DNA of 64,000 bases from Gammaproteobacteria bacterium (GCA_965238175.1 CBDEGZ010000003.1:1952001-2016000), one strand, 5' to 3'; positions 1 to 10,778 are shown, counted from the stretch's first letter. A program made the numbers and translations. Notes: generated from the sequence alone by a model not told the origin.

Positions 1-846
1 ACGAGGTTGTTCGATAATATTAAGATCGTTACCACTGATTTTTTGAACTGTATCTAATACTTCGCGGACACTATAACCATGACCGTAGCCGCAATTAAAT
101 GTTGATGATTCGCCACCTTTTTCTAAATGTTCGAGTGCTTTAATGTGTGCATCAGCGAGATCTTCAACATGAATATAATCACGAACACCCGTGCCATCTT
201 CAGTATCGTAATCGGTTCCAAAAACAGAAATGGAATCTCGTTTGCCCAGTGCGGTTTCGCAAGCGACTTTGATCAATAAAGTGGCCTTTTCGGTGGATTG
301 ACCAATCTCACCATCAGGATTTGATCCTGCGACATTAAAGTAGCGCAAAATGACGTGTCTTAATGGTGTTGCGAAAGACAGATCTTTTAGCATCATCTCA
401 CTCATCAGTTTAGACATGCCATAAGGGTTAATTGGTGCGGTAGGCGTATCTTCCGCTGTTATTGCTTGATCAGGAACACCATAAACGGCAGCTGTTGAGG
501 AGAAAATAAAATGTTTTACATTGGCTTTAGAACAACATTCCAATAAATTCCGAGTACAGCAGGTGTTATTGCCATAGTATTTAAGTGGGTTAGAAACCGA
601 TTCGGGGACGATGGTGTGTGCTGCAAAATGCATCACCGTGTCGATATTGTGATCTGCGAGTAATTTTTGAACGAGTTCTTTATCACCAGTATCACCGATA
701 ATAAGCTCAGCACCGATAACAGCACCTTCAAACCCAGTACTAAGATTGTCTAATACAACAACCTTGCGACCCGCCATCGTTAATTGTCTTACGACATGAC
801 TACCAATGTAACCGGCTCCGCCAGTGACGAGTATGGATGTAGACAT
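1..846 (-). CDS. galE: UDP-glucose 4-epimerase, 3' part runs off the window
   Basis: Hand translation from ATG at 846 gives MSTSILVTGGAGYIGSHVV...VLDNLSTG...FSSTAAVYG...PYGMSK...LRYFNVAG...GTGVRDYIHVEDLA. It is not in the ORF track because it is truncated. Confidence 0.93.
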   Translation of the reverse strand, partial: MSTSILVTGGAGYIGSHVVRQLTMAGRKVVVLDNLSTGFEGAVIGAELIIGDTGDKELVQKLLADHNIDTVMHFAAHTIVPESVSNPLKYYGNNTCCTRNLLECCSKANVKHFIFSSTAAVYGVPDQAITAEDTPTAPINPYGMSKLMSEMMLKDLSFATPLRHVILRYFNVAGSNPDGEIGQSTEKATLLIKVACETALGKRDSISVFGTDYDTEDGTGVRDYIHVEDLADAHIKALEHLEKGGESSTFNCGYGHGYSVREVLDTVQKISGNDLNIIEQPR

Positions 847-992
847 TGTATTTAATTCTCCCTGAGAAATAATTTTCTATAAAAGCAAACTAAAATGAAT
901 AAGCTATTATGAATCAAATATAAGCAGCTATTGTTCCATATTTACTTTTCATTACAATAGCGGCACAAAAGTTTATAACTGGAGTAGGTAAA

Positions 993-1595
993 GTGCAGAA
1001 GAAAAGTAGTAATACCGTATGGCATGATGCCACTGTCGTAAGGGATGATCGACAAAAATTGAATAACCATAAAAGTGCGATCTTATGGTTTACCGGATTA
1101 TCAGGGGCAGGGAAGTCTAGCCTGGCCAACGCCGTTGAAGCGATGTTGTATGGAACAGGTAAACGTACTTATGTTCTTGATGGAGATAATGTTCGTCAGG
1201 GTTTGTGTGGCGATCTAGGATTTTCCGATGAAGATAGGATTGAAAATATTCGGCGGATTGGAGAAGTTGCTAAGATTCTGGTTGATGCAGGTTCAATTAC
1301 GCTGACTGCTTTTATTTCGCCTTTTAAAGCTGATCGACAACGTGCACGGGATCTGGTTCCGGAAGGTGATTTTATTGAGATTTATACCCGTTGTGATTTA
1401 AGTGTATGTGAAGAACGCGATGTTAAGGGTTTATACAAAAAAGCGCGCGCTGGTGAGATCCCCGCTTTTACGGGTATTTCTTCGCCTTATGAAGAACCGG
1501 AAAATGCCGAAGTGGTCGTCGATACTGATAAGCACAGTTTAGAAGCGTCTGCTCAACAAGTGATTGATTATTTAACTGAAAAAGGAATTGTCTAG
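993..1595 (+). CDS. cysC: adenylyl-sulfate (APS) kinase
   Basis: WFTGLSGAGKS P-loop, LDGDNVR, FISPF, RDVKGLYKKARAGEI, FTGISSPYEEP. Confidence 0.97.
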   Translation: MQKKSSNTVWHDATVVRDDRQKLNNHKSAILWFTGLSGAGKSSLANAVEAMLYGTGKRTYVLDGDNVRQGLCGDLGFSDEDRIENIRRIGEVAKILVDAGSITLTAFISPFKADRQRARDLVPEGDFIEIYTRCDLSVCEERDVKGLYKKARAGEIPAFTGISSPYEEPENAEVVVDTDKHSLEASAQQVIDYLTEKGIV

Positions 1596-1601
1596 TTAAA
1601 A

Positions 1602-2252
1602 CTAGGCTTCTAGCAGCCCGTATCTTATCGCGATGCGGGCAAGCTCGGCTGCGGTAGTAACTTCCAGTTTATTTTTGATCTGAGTGCTGTAGTTAGCAAC
1701 GGTTTTATAACTTAAAGATAGCCGTTCTGCTATTGTCGCAACGTTAGCACCTTCTGCTAATAGACAAAAGATCTCAAATTCCCGAGTAGATAAATTTGCA
1801 AAAGGTGTGTTTTGCCCACGGGTTTTTTGGATTGCGAGTCTTTGCGCAATTTCCGGATCAAGGTGATCTTTACCATTAGCGACCATTCGCACCGCTTCAA
1901 CAAGTTCCTCTGCTGCACTGCTTTTGGTGATATAACCCTTAGCGCCAACTTGTAGAGCGCGTTCTACGAAAACAGCATCTTCATGCATACTGAAAACCAG
2001 TACTTTTGCTTCGGGTTCGCGCGCGATTATTCGGCGGATCGCTTCCAGCCCACCAATACCAGGTAAAGATAGATCCATGATGACGATATCAGGATCAGTT
2101 TCAAGGAAATATTTGCAAGCATCCTCGCCGCTGGAGGCTTCCGCGATAACCTCAATGTCCTGTTGATTTTCCAGCAGGTTTTTGTAACCTTCGCGGACAA
2201 CCGCATGATCATCTACAAGTAATACTGTGATATTGGAATTATCAATATTCAT
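1602..2252 (-). CDS. NarL/LuxR-family response regulator (MxaB/MxcE-like)
   Basis: REC domain (LVDDHAVVREG, DLSLPG, GYITK) plus LuxR HTH (LSTREFEIF...SYKTVANY). Confidence 0.92.
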   Translation of the reverse strand: MNIDNSNITVLLVDDHAVVREGYKNLLENQQDIEVIAEASSGEDACKYFLETDPDIVIMDLSLPGIGGLEAIRRIIAREPEAKVLVFSMHEDAVFVERALQVGAKGYITKSSAAEELVEAVRMVANGKDHLDPEIAQRLAIQKTRGQNTPFANLSTREFEIFCLLAEGANVATIAERLSLSYKTVANYSTQIKNKLEVTTAAELARIAIRYGLLEA

Positions 2253-2261
2253 TAAAATCTA

Positions 2262-3593
2262 TTAAGTTTGGTTTTCCTTAGACTTAAGAGGCAATGTTAC
2301 CTGAATTTCGACACCATGTTGTACATCACTTTTGATCTTAAAGTTACCGTTTAGCGCTTCAACGCGTTCTTGCATACCCAATAAGCCTAAGCCTTGCGTT
2401 GCTTTGCTAATATCAAATCCGTTGCCGTTGTCTTTTATGGATAAATCAAGGATGTTTGGGTCTTTCTTATGCAGGTTGATATAAACATCAGTCGCGTTTG
2501 CATGTTTAGCAACATTATTAAGACATTCCTGGACGATCCGGTAAATAGTAATTGAAATATCTTGAGATAGATCTCCCAGATCCTTACCTGTTTTGAAGTG
2601 ACAAAAAGTATTTTCATGATATGTATTCCAGTTATCAGTAACATCATTGAGGGCGGGGATCAGGCCCAGCTCATCAAGAATAACCGGGTGTAAACGTTTC
2701 ATCATTCCTTTGACGACATTGTATATTCGAGTAGAGATATCCATTATTGTTGTAACACTGGATTTTATTTTCTCATCAATACTTTGCTGGCCAATTGATG
2801 CGGCAACGGCTTTGATTGCACTCACTGATTGCCCCATTTCATCATGAAGTTCTCTCGCCAGATGGCGTCTTTCGTCTTCTTGAATCGCCAGTGTTCGTTG
2901 TTTCAGATAGCGATTTTGATCTCGACTTTGCTCTAAGACACCTGCCATATGATTGAATTTTTGGGTTATTTTACGAAGCTCTGGCAATTTGACTGATTGT
3001 AAACGGGATTGGTAATCACCTTGCTCAATATCATCCAGACCTTTAATAATCGCATTTATTGGCTTGAATAAACGGCCAATAATGATGAAGAGAAGAATAT
3101 TTGCGATCAAAAAGAAAAACAGTAATACACTTAAAAATGATCGTGCTTCTTCCCAGGCTTCGGTGATCTCGTCTGCAGGATCAGGTCTGATCACAAGTTC
3201 ACTGCTTGGCATACCGGGAACCGGAATTGACTGCCGCAAGACCATACTGGTCGGTTGAACTAATTTCACAAACCAATCTGGCGCATCAGATTTATATTCA
3301 ACCTCAGTAGGAAAGGGATCTAGACCTTCTCCATGAATGATTTCAATATGTAAATGCCGTGTTTTTCCAAACTTTTTTATTTGCCGCATAAGTTTTGATT
3401 GATGGGTAAGCTGACTTTCAGGATTAGTTTGAATGAACGCTAACTCAAGTAATTGCAGAGTCAATTGAGCAGTGGATTGAGTTTCTTTTGCAAGTGCTTT
3501 GCGCGCATTATGAATCACTAAAGCCGAACCAATGAGCAATATTGCAACAAAGACCAGTGTGATCAGCAAGTTCAGGCGAAATCGAAGGCTCAT
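2262..3593 (-). CDS. HisKA_3 sensor histidine kinase (MoxY/MxcQ-like)
   Basis: Two TM segments, HAMP domain, EDERRHLARELHDEMGQ H-box, YRIVQECLNNVAKHA, DNGNGF, GLGLLGMQERV. N-terminus (MSLRFRLNLLI...NAR...APDWF...DEITEAW) resembles methylotroph MoxY/MxcQ sensors. Confidence 0.88.
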   Translation of the reverse strand: MSLRFRLNLLITLVFVAILLIGSALVIHNARKALAKETQSTAQLTLQLLELAFIQTNPESQLTHQSKLMRQIKKFGKTRHLHIEIIHGEGLDPFPTEVEYKSDAPDWFVKLVQPTSMVLRQSIPVPGMPSSELVIRPDPADEITEAWEEARSFLSVLLFFFLIANILLFIIIGRLFKPINAIIKGLDDIEQGDYQSRLQSVKLPELRKITQKFNHMAGVLEQSRDQNRYLKQRTLAIQEDERRHLARELHDEMGQSVSAIKAVAASIGQQSIDEKIKSSVTTIMDISTRIYNVVKGMMKRLHPVILDELGLIPALNDVTDNWNTYHENTFCHFKTGKDLGDLSQDISITIYRIVQECLNNVAKHANATDVYINLHKKDPNILDLSIKDNGNGFDISKATQGLGLLGMQERVEALNGNFKIKSDVQHGVEIQVTLPLKSKENQT

Positions 3594-3717
3594 GGTTACT
3601 CCGGAAGTACTATAGCGATTGTGAATTGAAATAGATAAGTCTGCAATTAAATAACTTAATGTATTTTTTCATAAGATTATGCTAACTTAATGATATAAAA
3701 ATCAATATATTAATTTA

Positions 3718-3987
3718 ATGCTAAAAATTATCCGCCTCTTTTTATTACTACTGATCTGTTGTTGTTTAACAGCTTGTTCTAGTTTCAGCATAGCATCATT
3801 CTTTACCATGGTATTTACAGGTAAAGGATTTGGAGATCATGCTTTATCCACGGTGACAGGACAGGAGTGTGCCTTTTTTAATTTGGTTCATGGTGAAGAG
3901 GTCTGCATTAATGATGATTCTGCGGAAATGATCCTTTTGACCAGCGATCAATTTATCGATGATTCACTTATGATCGCTCAAGAATGA
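3718..3987 (+). CDS. small hypothetical lipoprotein
   Basis: Signal peptide with LTAC lipobox and a TGKG..DHALS..TGQEC motif. Confidence 0.6.
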   Translation: MLKIIRLFLLLLICCCLTACSSFSIASFFTMVFTGKGFGDHALSTVTGQECAFFNLVHGEEVCINDDSAEMILLTSDQFIDDSLMIAQE

Positions 3988-4085
3988 ATCTTCAACTCTT
4001 TATTAAAGTGATAATCAATATTAATAGTACAGATCACTTCAATAATTGATTCATTATTAAGCATTCATTGTTGTAAAATACTCGA

Positions 4086-4586
4086 ATGATAACTCCCCGA
4101 CAGATTTTTCTATTTATATTCCTTACCTGTGCCGGCTTAATGGGTTTTGGTTTTTACTTACAGTATGTTCAAGGGCTAGAACCCTGTGTTCTATGTATGG
4201 TGCAGCGTTTATTTTTTGTACTGCTCGGCACCACAGCGTTATTTGCTTTTTTACATAATCCTGGTCGAACAGGTACGCGGTTTTATGCAATTTTAATCAG
4301 TCTATTCTCCGCATGCGGTGCTGCAATTGCCGGACGTCAGATCTGGTTACAACACTTACCGGCAGATCAGGTGCCTGAATGCGGTCCAGATCTGTTTTTT
4401 ATGTTGGAAGTCTATCCACTCACAGAAGCACTAATGACCGCCTTAAAAGGGACGGGGGATTGTGCAAAGATTGTCTGGACGTTTCTTGGGTTTTCAATCC
4501 CTGAATGGGCGATTGTGATTTTTATCGGAATATTTCTGGCTAGTCTTTATCTGGTTTTTAAGCCTTTAAACTATTCTGAAGAATAG
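4086..4586 (+). CDS. dsbB: disulfide bond formation protein B
   Basis: LEPCVLCMVQR, VPECGP...GDCA, four TM helices. Confidence 0.95.
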   Translation: MITPRQIFLFIFLTCAGLMGFGFYLQYVQGLEPCVLCMVQRLFFVLLGTTALFAFLHNPGRTGTRFYAILISLFSACGAAIAGRQIWLQHLPADQVPECGPDLFFMLEVYPLTEALMTALKGTGDCAKIVWTFLGFSIPEWAIVIFIGIFLASLYLVFKPLNYSEE

Positions 4587-4638
4587 TTTAAAGCATGAAC
4601 TTATGAACGAATACAGGTTTGTAGAGAGGTTCTAAAGC

Positions 4639-5313
4639 TCACCAGGGCAATAAATCTCCATTGCTATGCCAAAATGAACCGGTGTTGCCCAAGTTAAGTT
4701 CTTCCATTCTTGCTATTAGGCCCAAAGCAGATTCATCAGTATCCATTAAACCATTATGATCTGTCATATCCGTACGAACATAACCCGGGTGAAGAATACC
4801 AACAGAGATACCTTTGGGTTTTAAGTCGATAGATAAGGATTTTCCTGCCGAATTGACAGCAGATTTAGACATACGATATGCATAACTACCACCTGAGTCA
4901 TTATCGGCGATGGAACCCATACGACTCGTGATAATCCCGACTTTTGATCCTTCTGCCAGGTTATTCAATAAGGTTTTGGTGGTCAGCAAAGGTCCAATAC
5001 TATTGACTGCAAACATATGCTTGAAACTTTCGATGGCCTCCGCATCAATATCACTCAAAGCAAATGCACCTGCGATGCCTGCATTATTGATCAGCCAATC
5101 TATTTTTCGATCATTTAATTTATCCGCAAGTGTCAACAGGCTTGCTGGATCGCATACTTCAACATCTTCGATAATTTCGATGTTTAAAGCTGTAAGTTCA
5201 CTTGATGCTTGCCGGCAGCTTGCAATCACATCATCGCCGCGTTGTTTTAACTGATTACATAGTTCTAAACCAATGCCTCGGTTACTGCCTGTGACTAATA
5301 CTGTTTTGCTCAT
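4639..5313 (-). CDS. short-chain dehydrogenase/reductase (CsgA/C-factor-like)
   Basis: TGSNRGIG, LINNAG, SRMGSI, YAYRMSK, LHPGYVRTDM. Confidence 0.93.
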   Translation of the reverse strand: MSKTVLVTGSNRGIGLELCNQLKQRGDDVIASCRQASSELTALNIEIIEDVEVCDPASLLTLADKLNDRKIDWLINNAGIAGAFALSDIDAEAIESFKHMFAVNSIGPLLTTKTLLNNLAEGSKVGIITSRMGSIADNDSGGSYAYRMSKSAVNSAGKSLSIDLKPKGISVGILHPGYVRTDMTDHNGLMDTDESALGLIARMEELNLGNTGSFWHSNGDLLPW

Positions 5314-5480
5314 ACATTACTCCTTCGTTCTGTATTTTGATTACGAAATTAAGACGTTTATAGAGGATCATTCATGACATCAGGATACCATCGATTTATT
5401 GAAAATTTTCTTCCTGTAAGATCAGCAATCATCTGCAAAGCGGGTGGTATGATGGAAGTCTCTGGAAGAGACTATAAATT

Positions 5481-5515
5481 CGCCAGCCTTAATTGTTTTG
5501 CTGGCGTACTTCTTT
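5481..5515 (+). terminator. possible intrinsic terminator hairpin
   Basis: CGCCAGC (5481-5487) pairs with GCTGGCG (5500-5506), followed by TACTTCTTT. Confidence 0.3.
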
Positions 5516-5801
5516 GAACTTGCTGGCTCATTGGAGGTCACTCTTACATCTGTACGATGGGACGGCGCGGAGCACTAGCGTGTCCTACCGATGGAGGTAG
5601 TGGTTTACCTTGGGTTAATTAGTTGGTTCTATAGTTTAATGGAGTAATTTTAGCTATTAAACTTAACTAAAAACCGCCAGAGAAGTAGCCACAGGGGTGA
5701 GTTGATTTATAGGTAATACTTGGGAAAATCGAGTTTCAAACGTGTAAAATTAACAGAGTTTCTTGCAGTCTTTTAATTAAAAACAAACGAGGAGAATAAG
5801 T

Positions 5802-6182
5802 ATGTTTAGTCATATGATGGTCGGTGCAAACGATGTTCAAGAATCAAAAGTTTTTTATGATGCAATCTTAGGTGCATTAGGTTATGAACCTGGAACAATG
5901 GATGATATAGGTCGTTGTTTTTACATGACCGATAGTGGCATGTTCGCGATTACTCCGCCTATTAACGGAGAACCAGCTTCGCACGGAAATGGCTGTACTA
6001 TAGGTTTTGCTGCAAAGAATCCCGCAGAAGCTGATGCATGGCACGCTGCTGGTGTTTCAAATGGTGGTGCAACGTGTGAAGAGCCTCCTGGTGTACGAGA
6101 AGGTGGGCTAGGTAAGCTTTATTTAGCATATTTACGTGATCCATCCGGCAATAAGCTTTGTGCTCTGCATATGATGGGTTGA
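5802..6182 (+). CDS. VOC/glyoxalase family protein
   Basis: MFSHMMVGAND...FYDA...GNG.TIGF...YLAYLRDPSGNKLC; GAGGAG RBS upstream. Confidence 0.92.
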   Translation: MFSHMMVGANDVQESKVFYDAILGALGYEPGTMDDIGRCFYMTDSGMFAITPPINGEPASHGNGCTIGFAAKNPAEADAWHAAGVSNGGATCEEPPGVREGGLGKLYLAYLRDPSGNKLCALHMMG

Positions 6183-6365
6183 TTTTCTAGATTTTATTAG
6201 GAAAGGCTTTGAAGGAATTAGGCCTTGTCTTTTACCCAATCTGATCCAGACATTGTTTTAAGATTGATCTGGATTACCTAAGGGTAAAAGGCAGGGTTCC
6301 AAAAGATAGCTACAGTTTTTTGTGTGTTACAGGTGTTATGAACTAATGCTATTTCAGGAGTAGAA

Positions 6366-6800
6366 ATGCATAGAATAATTTTAATGTTAGGCTTACTTTT
6401 TGTTCTTCTTGGGTGTGGACCTAAATACCAATTAGTTAATAACCCAAATGTAAATCCAGATGAAGCGGTTACGCTTTTCATCTATAGGCCTGATGGTTTT
6501 TTTCATAAGCATAATCCAGAGGAGCCTTTCGTGTACCTTAACGGAGAAAAAATTGGCACATTAGGCGTGGGGGAAACAATAGAAACTCAAGTTACATTTG
6601 GAAAAAATATAGTATTACTGAAAGGGAATATTTTATCCATTCCATCATTTGAAATAGGAACCGTTGAGTTTGATGTAACTAGTAATAACGATCACTATAT
6701 TCGTTACTCATATGATCTTGAATATGTCGTTGGAACAACACCTGTTGGAGATTCTGTCCTTCAACTAGTGGATGATAATATTGGGAAAACCAGACAATAA
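6366..6800 (+). CDS. lipoprotein, DUF2846-like
   Basis: LLGC lipobox; LFIYRP...VYLNGEKIGTL motif. Confidence 0.7.
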   Translation: MHRIILMLGLLFVLLGCGPKYQLVNNPNVNPDEAVTLFIYRPDGFFHKHNPEEPFVYLNGEKIGTLGVGETIETQVTFGKNIVLLKGNILSIPSFEIGTVEFDVTSNNDHYIRYSYDLEYVVGTTPVGDSVLQLVDDNIGKTRQ

Positions 6801-6870
6801 TTCGCAACAAGTAGTCCAATTTCACTCAGCAGTGAGTAGTGTCACTAAAATGTGTTTAGTGATCTGTATT

Positions 6871-9273
6871 CTACAAAAACGAGGGCAAAAATAACGACAG
6901 TTTTATCGATTCAGGTGCGAGGCAAGCAGTTTGGTTACAGGCCTGGATTTGGATAACCATATCGACAGTTCTATCAAACATATTTATTTCTTTTGTTTTC
7001 AGTTTTTTATGATTAAAAATTGAACTAATTTCTATCTTTTCGGTATATAAAGCTAAGGGTTGGTCTTCAAAATCGACGGATTTTAAAAGTGGCGGCGGAT
7101 AATTTGTCGAGCTTATGCTTGACGTTTCTCCAGAATCTAATTTATCAGAATCTAAACTAATACTGGTTGGGATCAAGTTTTCGTGTAGAGGTTTTTCAGC
7201 ATTAATGTGCCAGCCGTCTGCAATGTCCAATGTGATAAGAACATCATATTGATTATTCTTCTCGCTTAAATGATTCATAATTTGACCGGTGATTTTGATC
7301 GCACCTCTTGCTGCAAATTGGGTGTCTCCTGATTCTCCGTTAAGTAGTTCATGCAATTGTCCTAACATATAAGCATACGATCCCGGATACTCGGCGATAT
7401 TGCCTGAGAAGGCTTGTAGAACTTCATGTGCTTTGTCATCATATTGAGGATCACCGATTCGCTTTGTCAGTCTGGACAGTATTCGTACCGCAACTGAATT
7501 TCCGGACGGTGTAGCGCCGTCATGGGTGCTTTTCGGTTGTGCGAATAAAATTTCATCATTGCCCATTAGAAATACGCCTGATTTATGATCCTGAAATTCG
7601 ATGATCATTTCATCGATAATTAACTTCGCGCGTTCTAACCATTTCCGATCACTTGTTACATCGTATAGCGCTAATAGTGCTTCAGAGTAATGTGCATAGT
7701 CATCTTGGCGAGCTGGAATAGATGGTTCGCCGTCCAAATTTACGCGCCATAGTTGATTGGTGGTGTAACGCTGTTTTTCCCATAAGCGTTCAGCAGCTTT
7801 TTCAGCGGCGTCTATATATTTTTTTTCATTAAGAATAGCGCCAGATTCTGCGAGTGCAGTGATCATCATGCCATTCCAAGCGAGGATGATCTTGTTGTCA
7901 GTTAGTGGAGGAATACGCTTTTGACGCGACTCGCGTAGCGTTGTATTGATACGGTCAATTCTAGCCAGTAAATTAGAGAGTGATAGATTTTCCTGGAGAG
8001 CGATATCATTCAGTGATTGCGACAAATGAAAGATGTTTTTACCTTCAAAATTGCCATCGTCTGTCACTCCATATAAGCGAATAATAAATTCAGTGTCTTT
8101 CTGATCAAATAATTTCTCGATTTCTTTTTTGGTCCAGATAAAGAAAGTACCTTCTTCACCCTCACTGTCTGCATCGGTCGCAGAATAAAAAACATCATCT
8201 TCTCGCGTCATTTCCCGGAGGACATAATCCAGTGTTTGACGAGCAACACGCGCATGCAGCGGATTTCCATTTTGCCGCCAGGCTTCTGCATATACACGCG
8301 AAAGGTAGGCTTGGTTGTAGAGCATCTTTTCAAAGTGTGGAACTAACCATTGATTATCAGTGGAATAGTGGTGAAAACCACCACCGATTTGATCATAAAT
8401 GCCACCTTGAGCCATAGCAGTTAAAGTATGTTCTAACGCTTTGTTTTTTTGTCTATTTTCTGGTGTTTTCAGTAGCAATAATAACGAAGATTCATTTGGA
8501 AATTTTGGAGCGCGACTAAAACCACCATCCTGCGGATCATAACGTTTTACAATGCTTTCAACCGCTTGTTGGATAACATTTTGGCCAAGTAATTTAACTT
8601 CGCTACGAGTGGACGTTGCTCTTTTGACGGCATCTGATAATTCTTCTGCTTGTTCAATTATGGCTGCATTTTTCTCTTTCCATGTGTGAGCTACTTTTTG
8701 CAGTAGTTCTGTGAAGTTAGCCGGTGAGAAATAAGTACCTCCAAAAAAAGGTCTACTATCGGGCAATAAGAATGACGACATTGGCCAGCCGCCGCTGCCA
8801 GTCATCATCATGACGGCTGTCATATAGGTTTCATCGATATCTGGATATTGTTCGCGATCAACTTTGATTGAAATAAAATTCTCGTTGAGAAATTTCGCAA
8901 TCGTTTCATCTTCAAAACTTTCTTCCTCCATGACGTGACACCAATGACAAGTGGCGTAACCAATTGAAAGAAACACAGGTTTGTTTTCTTTTTTGGCTTG
9001 ATCGAAGGCTTCTTTTCCCCATGCATACCAGTTCACCGGATTGTGGGCGTGTTGTAATAGATACGGTGAATCTTCGAAGATTAACCGATTTGTATATAGC
9101 GCCTGGTTATTCTCAAGATGACGCGTACGAGGTTTGTAATCAGCACCTTTTTCTCTCAGCCTTTCCGTTATTTTTAAAGTAAGTGTTTCAGAATAATCCA
9201 TAATTCCAGGGTGTGTTTTAGAGAGTGCCATGTGGCAGAAAAATAACAAAATAACGATCAATAAATTCTTCAT
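6871..9273 (-). CDS. YyaL/SSP411-type thioredoxin-domain protein with signal peptide and C-terminal DsbD-N-like domain
   Basis: [50 protein letters not shown]; C-terminal DGWHINA...[11 protein letters not shown]. Confidence 0.9.
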   Translation of the reverse strand: MKNLLIVILLFFCHMALSKTHPGIMDYSETLTLKITERLREKGADYKPRTRHLENNQALYTNRLIFEDSPYLLQHAHNPVNWYAWGKEAFDQAKKENKPVFLSIGYATCHWCHVMEEESFEDETIAKFLNENFISIKVDREQYPDIDETYMTAVMMMTGSGGWPMSSFLLPDSRPFFGGTYFSPANFTELLQKVAHTWKEKNAAIIEQAEELSDAVKRATSTRSEVKLLGQNVIQQAVESIVKRYDPQDGGFSRAPKFPNESSLLLLLKTPENRQKNKALEHTLTAMAQGGIYDQIGGGFHHYSTDNQWLVPHFEKMLYNQAYLSRVYAEAWRQNGNPLHARVARQTLDYVLREMTREDDVFYSATDADSEGEEGTFFIWTKKEIEKLFDQKDTEFIIRLYGVTDDGNFEGKNIFHLSQSLNDIALQENLSLSNLLARIDRINTTLRESRQKRIPPLTDNKIILAWNGMMITALAESGAILNEKKYIDAAEKAAERLWEKQRYTTNQLWRVNLDGEPSIPARQDDYAHYSEALLALYDVTSDRKWLERAKLIIDEMIIEFQDHKSGVFLMGNDEILFAQPKSTHDGATPSGNSVAVRILSRLTKRIGDPQYDDKAHEVLQAFSGNIAEYPGSYAYMLGQLHELLNGESGDTQFAARGAIKITGQIMNHLSEKNNQYDVLITLDIADGWHINAEKPLHENLIPTSISLDSDKLDSGETSSISSTNYPPPLLKSVDFEDQPLALYTEKIEISSIFNHKKLKTKEINMFDRTVDMVIQIQACNQTACLAPESIKLSLFLPSFL

Positions 9274-9494
9274 TTATTTCCCTTATTTAATTCCTTTGTA
9301 TGAAGAGTCGCTTAAAAATTGATCAGTATTTTCGCTTGCATATTTTGCATTGTAACAAACTCGCCAACCCTACGGTCGAGAAGTTTTCATGACGCTATAA
9401 AGTTTTATTAATATACGCGCCATTTGCTTGACGCAGATGAGGAAAAGTTAGAGTATCTTCTTAGGCAAGCCAACAATAATATTCAATAAGTCTT

Positions 9495-10412
9495 GTGGGA
9501 GGGGAAGTGAATAGGTTCACATTTGATCTGACTAGTATTTTTCGGGAAGAGTCGGATCATGAAATTGATGATCATTTTCATCGACAGATACAGTTCTCAT
9601 TAGCGAATGGTATAACAGCAATTGTTATCGCCACTATTTTATGGTCTTTTGTCACCCCTAAATGGTTATTAACCTGGCTAAGTTTAGTTTTTTTGGTTTC
9701 TACCTTTCGCGTGTTACTCGTTTATTTTTATGAAGAAAAAGAACAACCCGTCAGGGATGTTGAAAGTTGGCACATTGCAGTATTAGTTTTAATACTTCTC
9801 ATGGGAATTATTTGGGGGAGTCTGGTTTATATATATGATCCCAATTGGCCGGTGCTGCAGCAAGCTTCGGTAGTTTGTGTACTGGCCGTTGTAGTATTTG
9901 GTGCGATCCCAGCTTATGCAGCCGTTATGCAGGTATATATCATTTCTCTTATTGCGATTTTGAGTCCTTTTGCTGCCGTTTATCTGTATTCAAATCATGA
10001 TGATTTTTTGTTCAATGGATCTGTTCTACTTATTTTGAGTACAGTGCTTGTGATTTTGGCAAAACTTTATCACCGACTGTTGGCTAATGGTGTCGCAGAA
10101 ACCCCTGACAACATATGTTTTATCGATGTAAATGGATCGATGGAAGATAAGGTAGTTCAGAATAACTCACAAGCATCTTTATTGAAAAGTGACGTTGATG
10201 AATTATTACCTGCACAAATAATGGCTATAGATGAGGGTTCTGACATTGTCGCTAAACTTAATATAGATCCGACAAATATAATGCAGGCTCGGATAAATCC
10301 TAAAGTAGGATCTGGCCGCCACTTTACATATACGGATATTGCACCAGACGGACAGACATCAATTTGCTTGGAATGTTTGCAGAATAGTGTCAGGAATCGA
10401 ACAGGGTCTTAG
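9495..10412 (+). CDS. hypothetical multi-pass membrane protein (sensor-like N-terminus, no output domain)
   Basis: About six hydrophobic helices followed by a soluble tail with no recognisable GGDEF or HisKA motif. Confidence 0.6.
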   Translation: MGGEVNRFTFDLTSIFREESDHEIDDHFHRQIQFSLANGITAIVIATILWSFVTPKWLLTWLSLVFLVSTFRVLLVYFYEEKEQPVRDVESWHIAVLVLILLMGIIWGSLVYIYDPNWPVLQQASVVCVLAVVVFGAIPAYAAVMQVYIISLIAILSPFAAVYLYSNHDDFLFNGSVLLILSTVLVILAKLYHRLLANGVAETPDNICFIDVNGSMEDKVVQNNSQASLLKSDVDELLPAQIMAIDEGSDIVAKLNIDPTNIMQARINPKVGSGRHFTYTDIAPDGQTSICLECLQNSVRNRTGS

Positions 10413-10769
10413 GGTTTTTGTGTCCACACAAACAACCGTTACGGTCGCTTGATTAAGAGTGATCTCTTCTTCATTAGTACGATAAATTTTCTGAGCAAAA
10501 TGAAAGCTTGAACGTTTGAAAGATGTGGTTTCAGAGGTGATGGTTAACAGATCGCTATATTTTGCCGGTAATAAATAATCTAGCTTAACTGTTCTGACCA
10601 CGAACATGATGCCCAGCTCGTTCATTAAATCGTCTTGTTGAAAACCTGCTGCGCGTAGATGTTCGGTTCTTGCGCGTTCATAAAAACGCAGGTAATTCGC
10701 ATAATAAACAATGCCCATCGTATCAACATCTTCGTGATAGATCCTTACTGGCCAAGTAAATTTCCGCAT
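10359..10769 (-). CDS. ybgC: YbgC-family acyl-CoA thioesterase
   Basis: RIYHEDVDTMGIVYYANYLRFYERARTE hot-dog fold motif. Confidence 0.9.
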   Translation of the reverse strand: MRKFTWPVRIYHEDVDTMGIVYYANYLRFYERARTEHLRAAGFQQDDLMNELGIMFVVRTVKLDYLLPAKYSDLLTITSETTSFKRSSFHFAQKIYRTNEEEITLNQATVTVVCVDTKTLRPCSIPDTILQTFQAN

Positions 10770-10778
10770 GCTTTTTCC

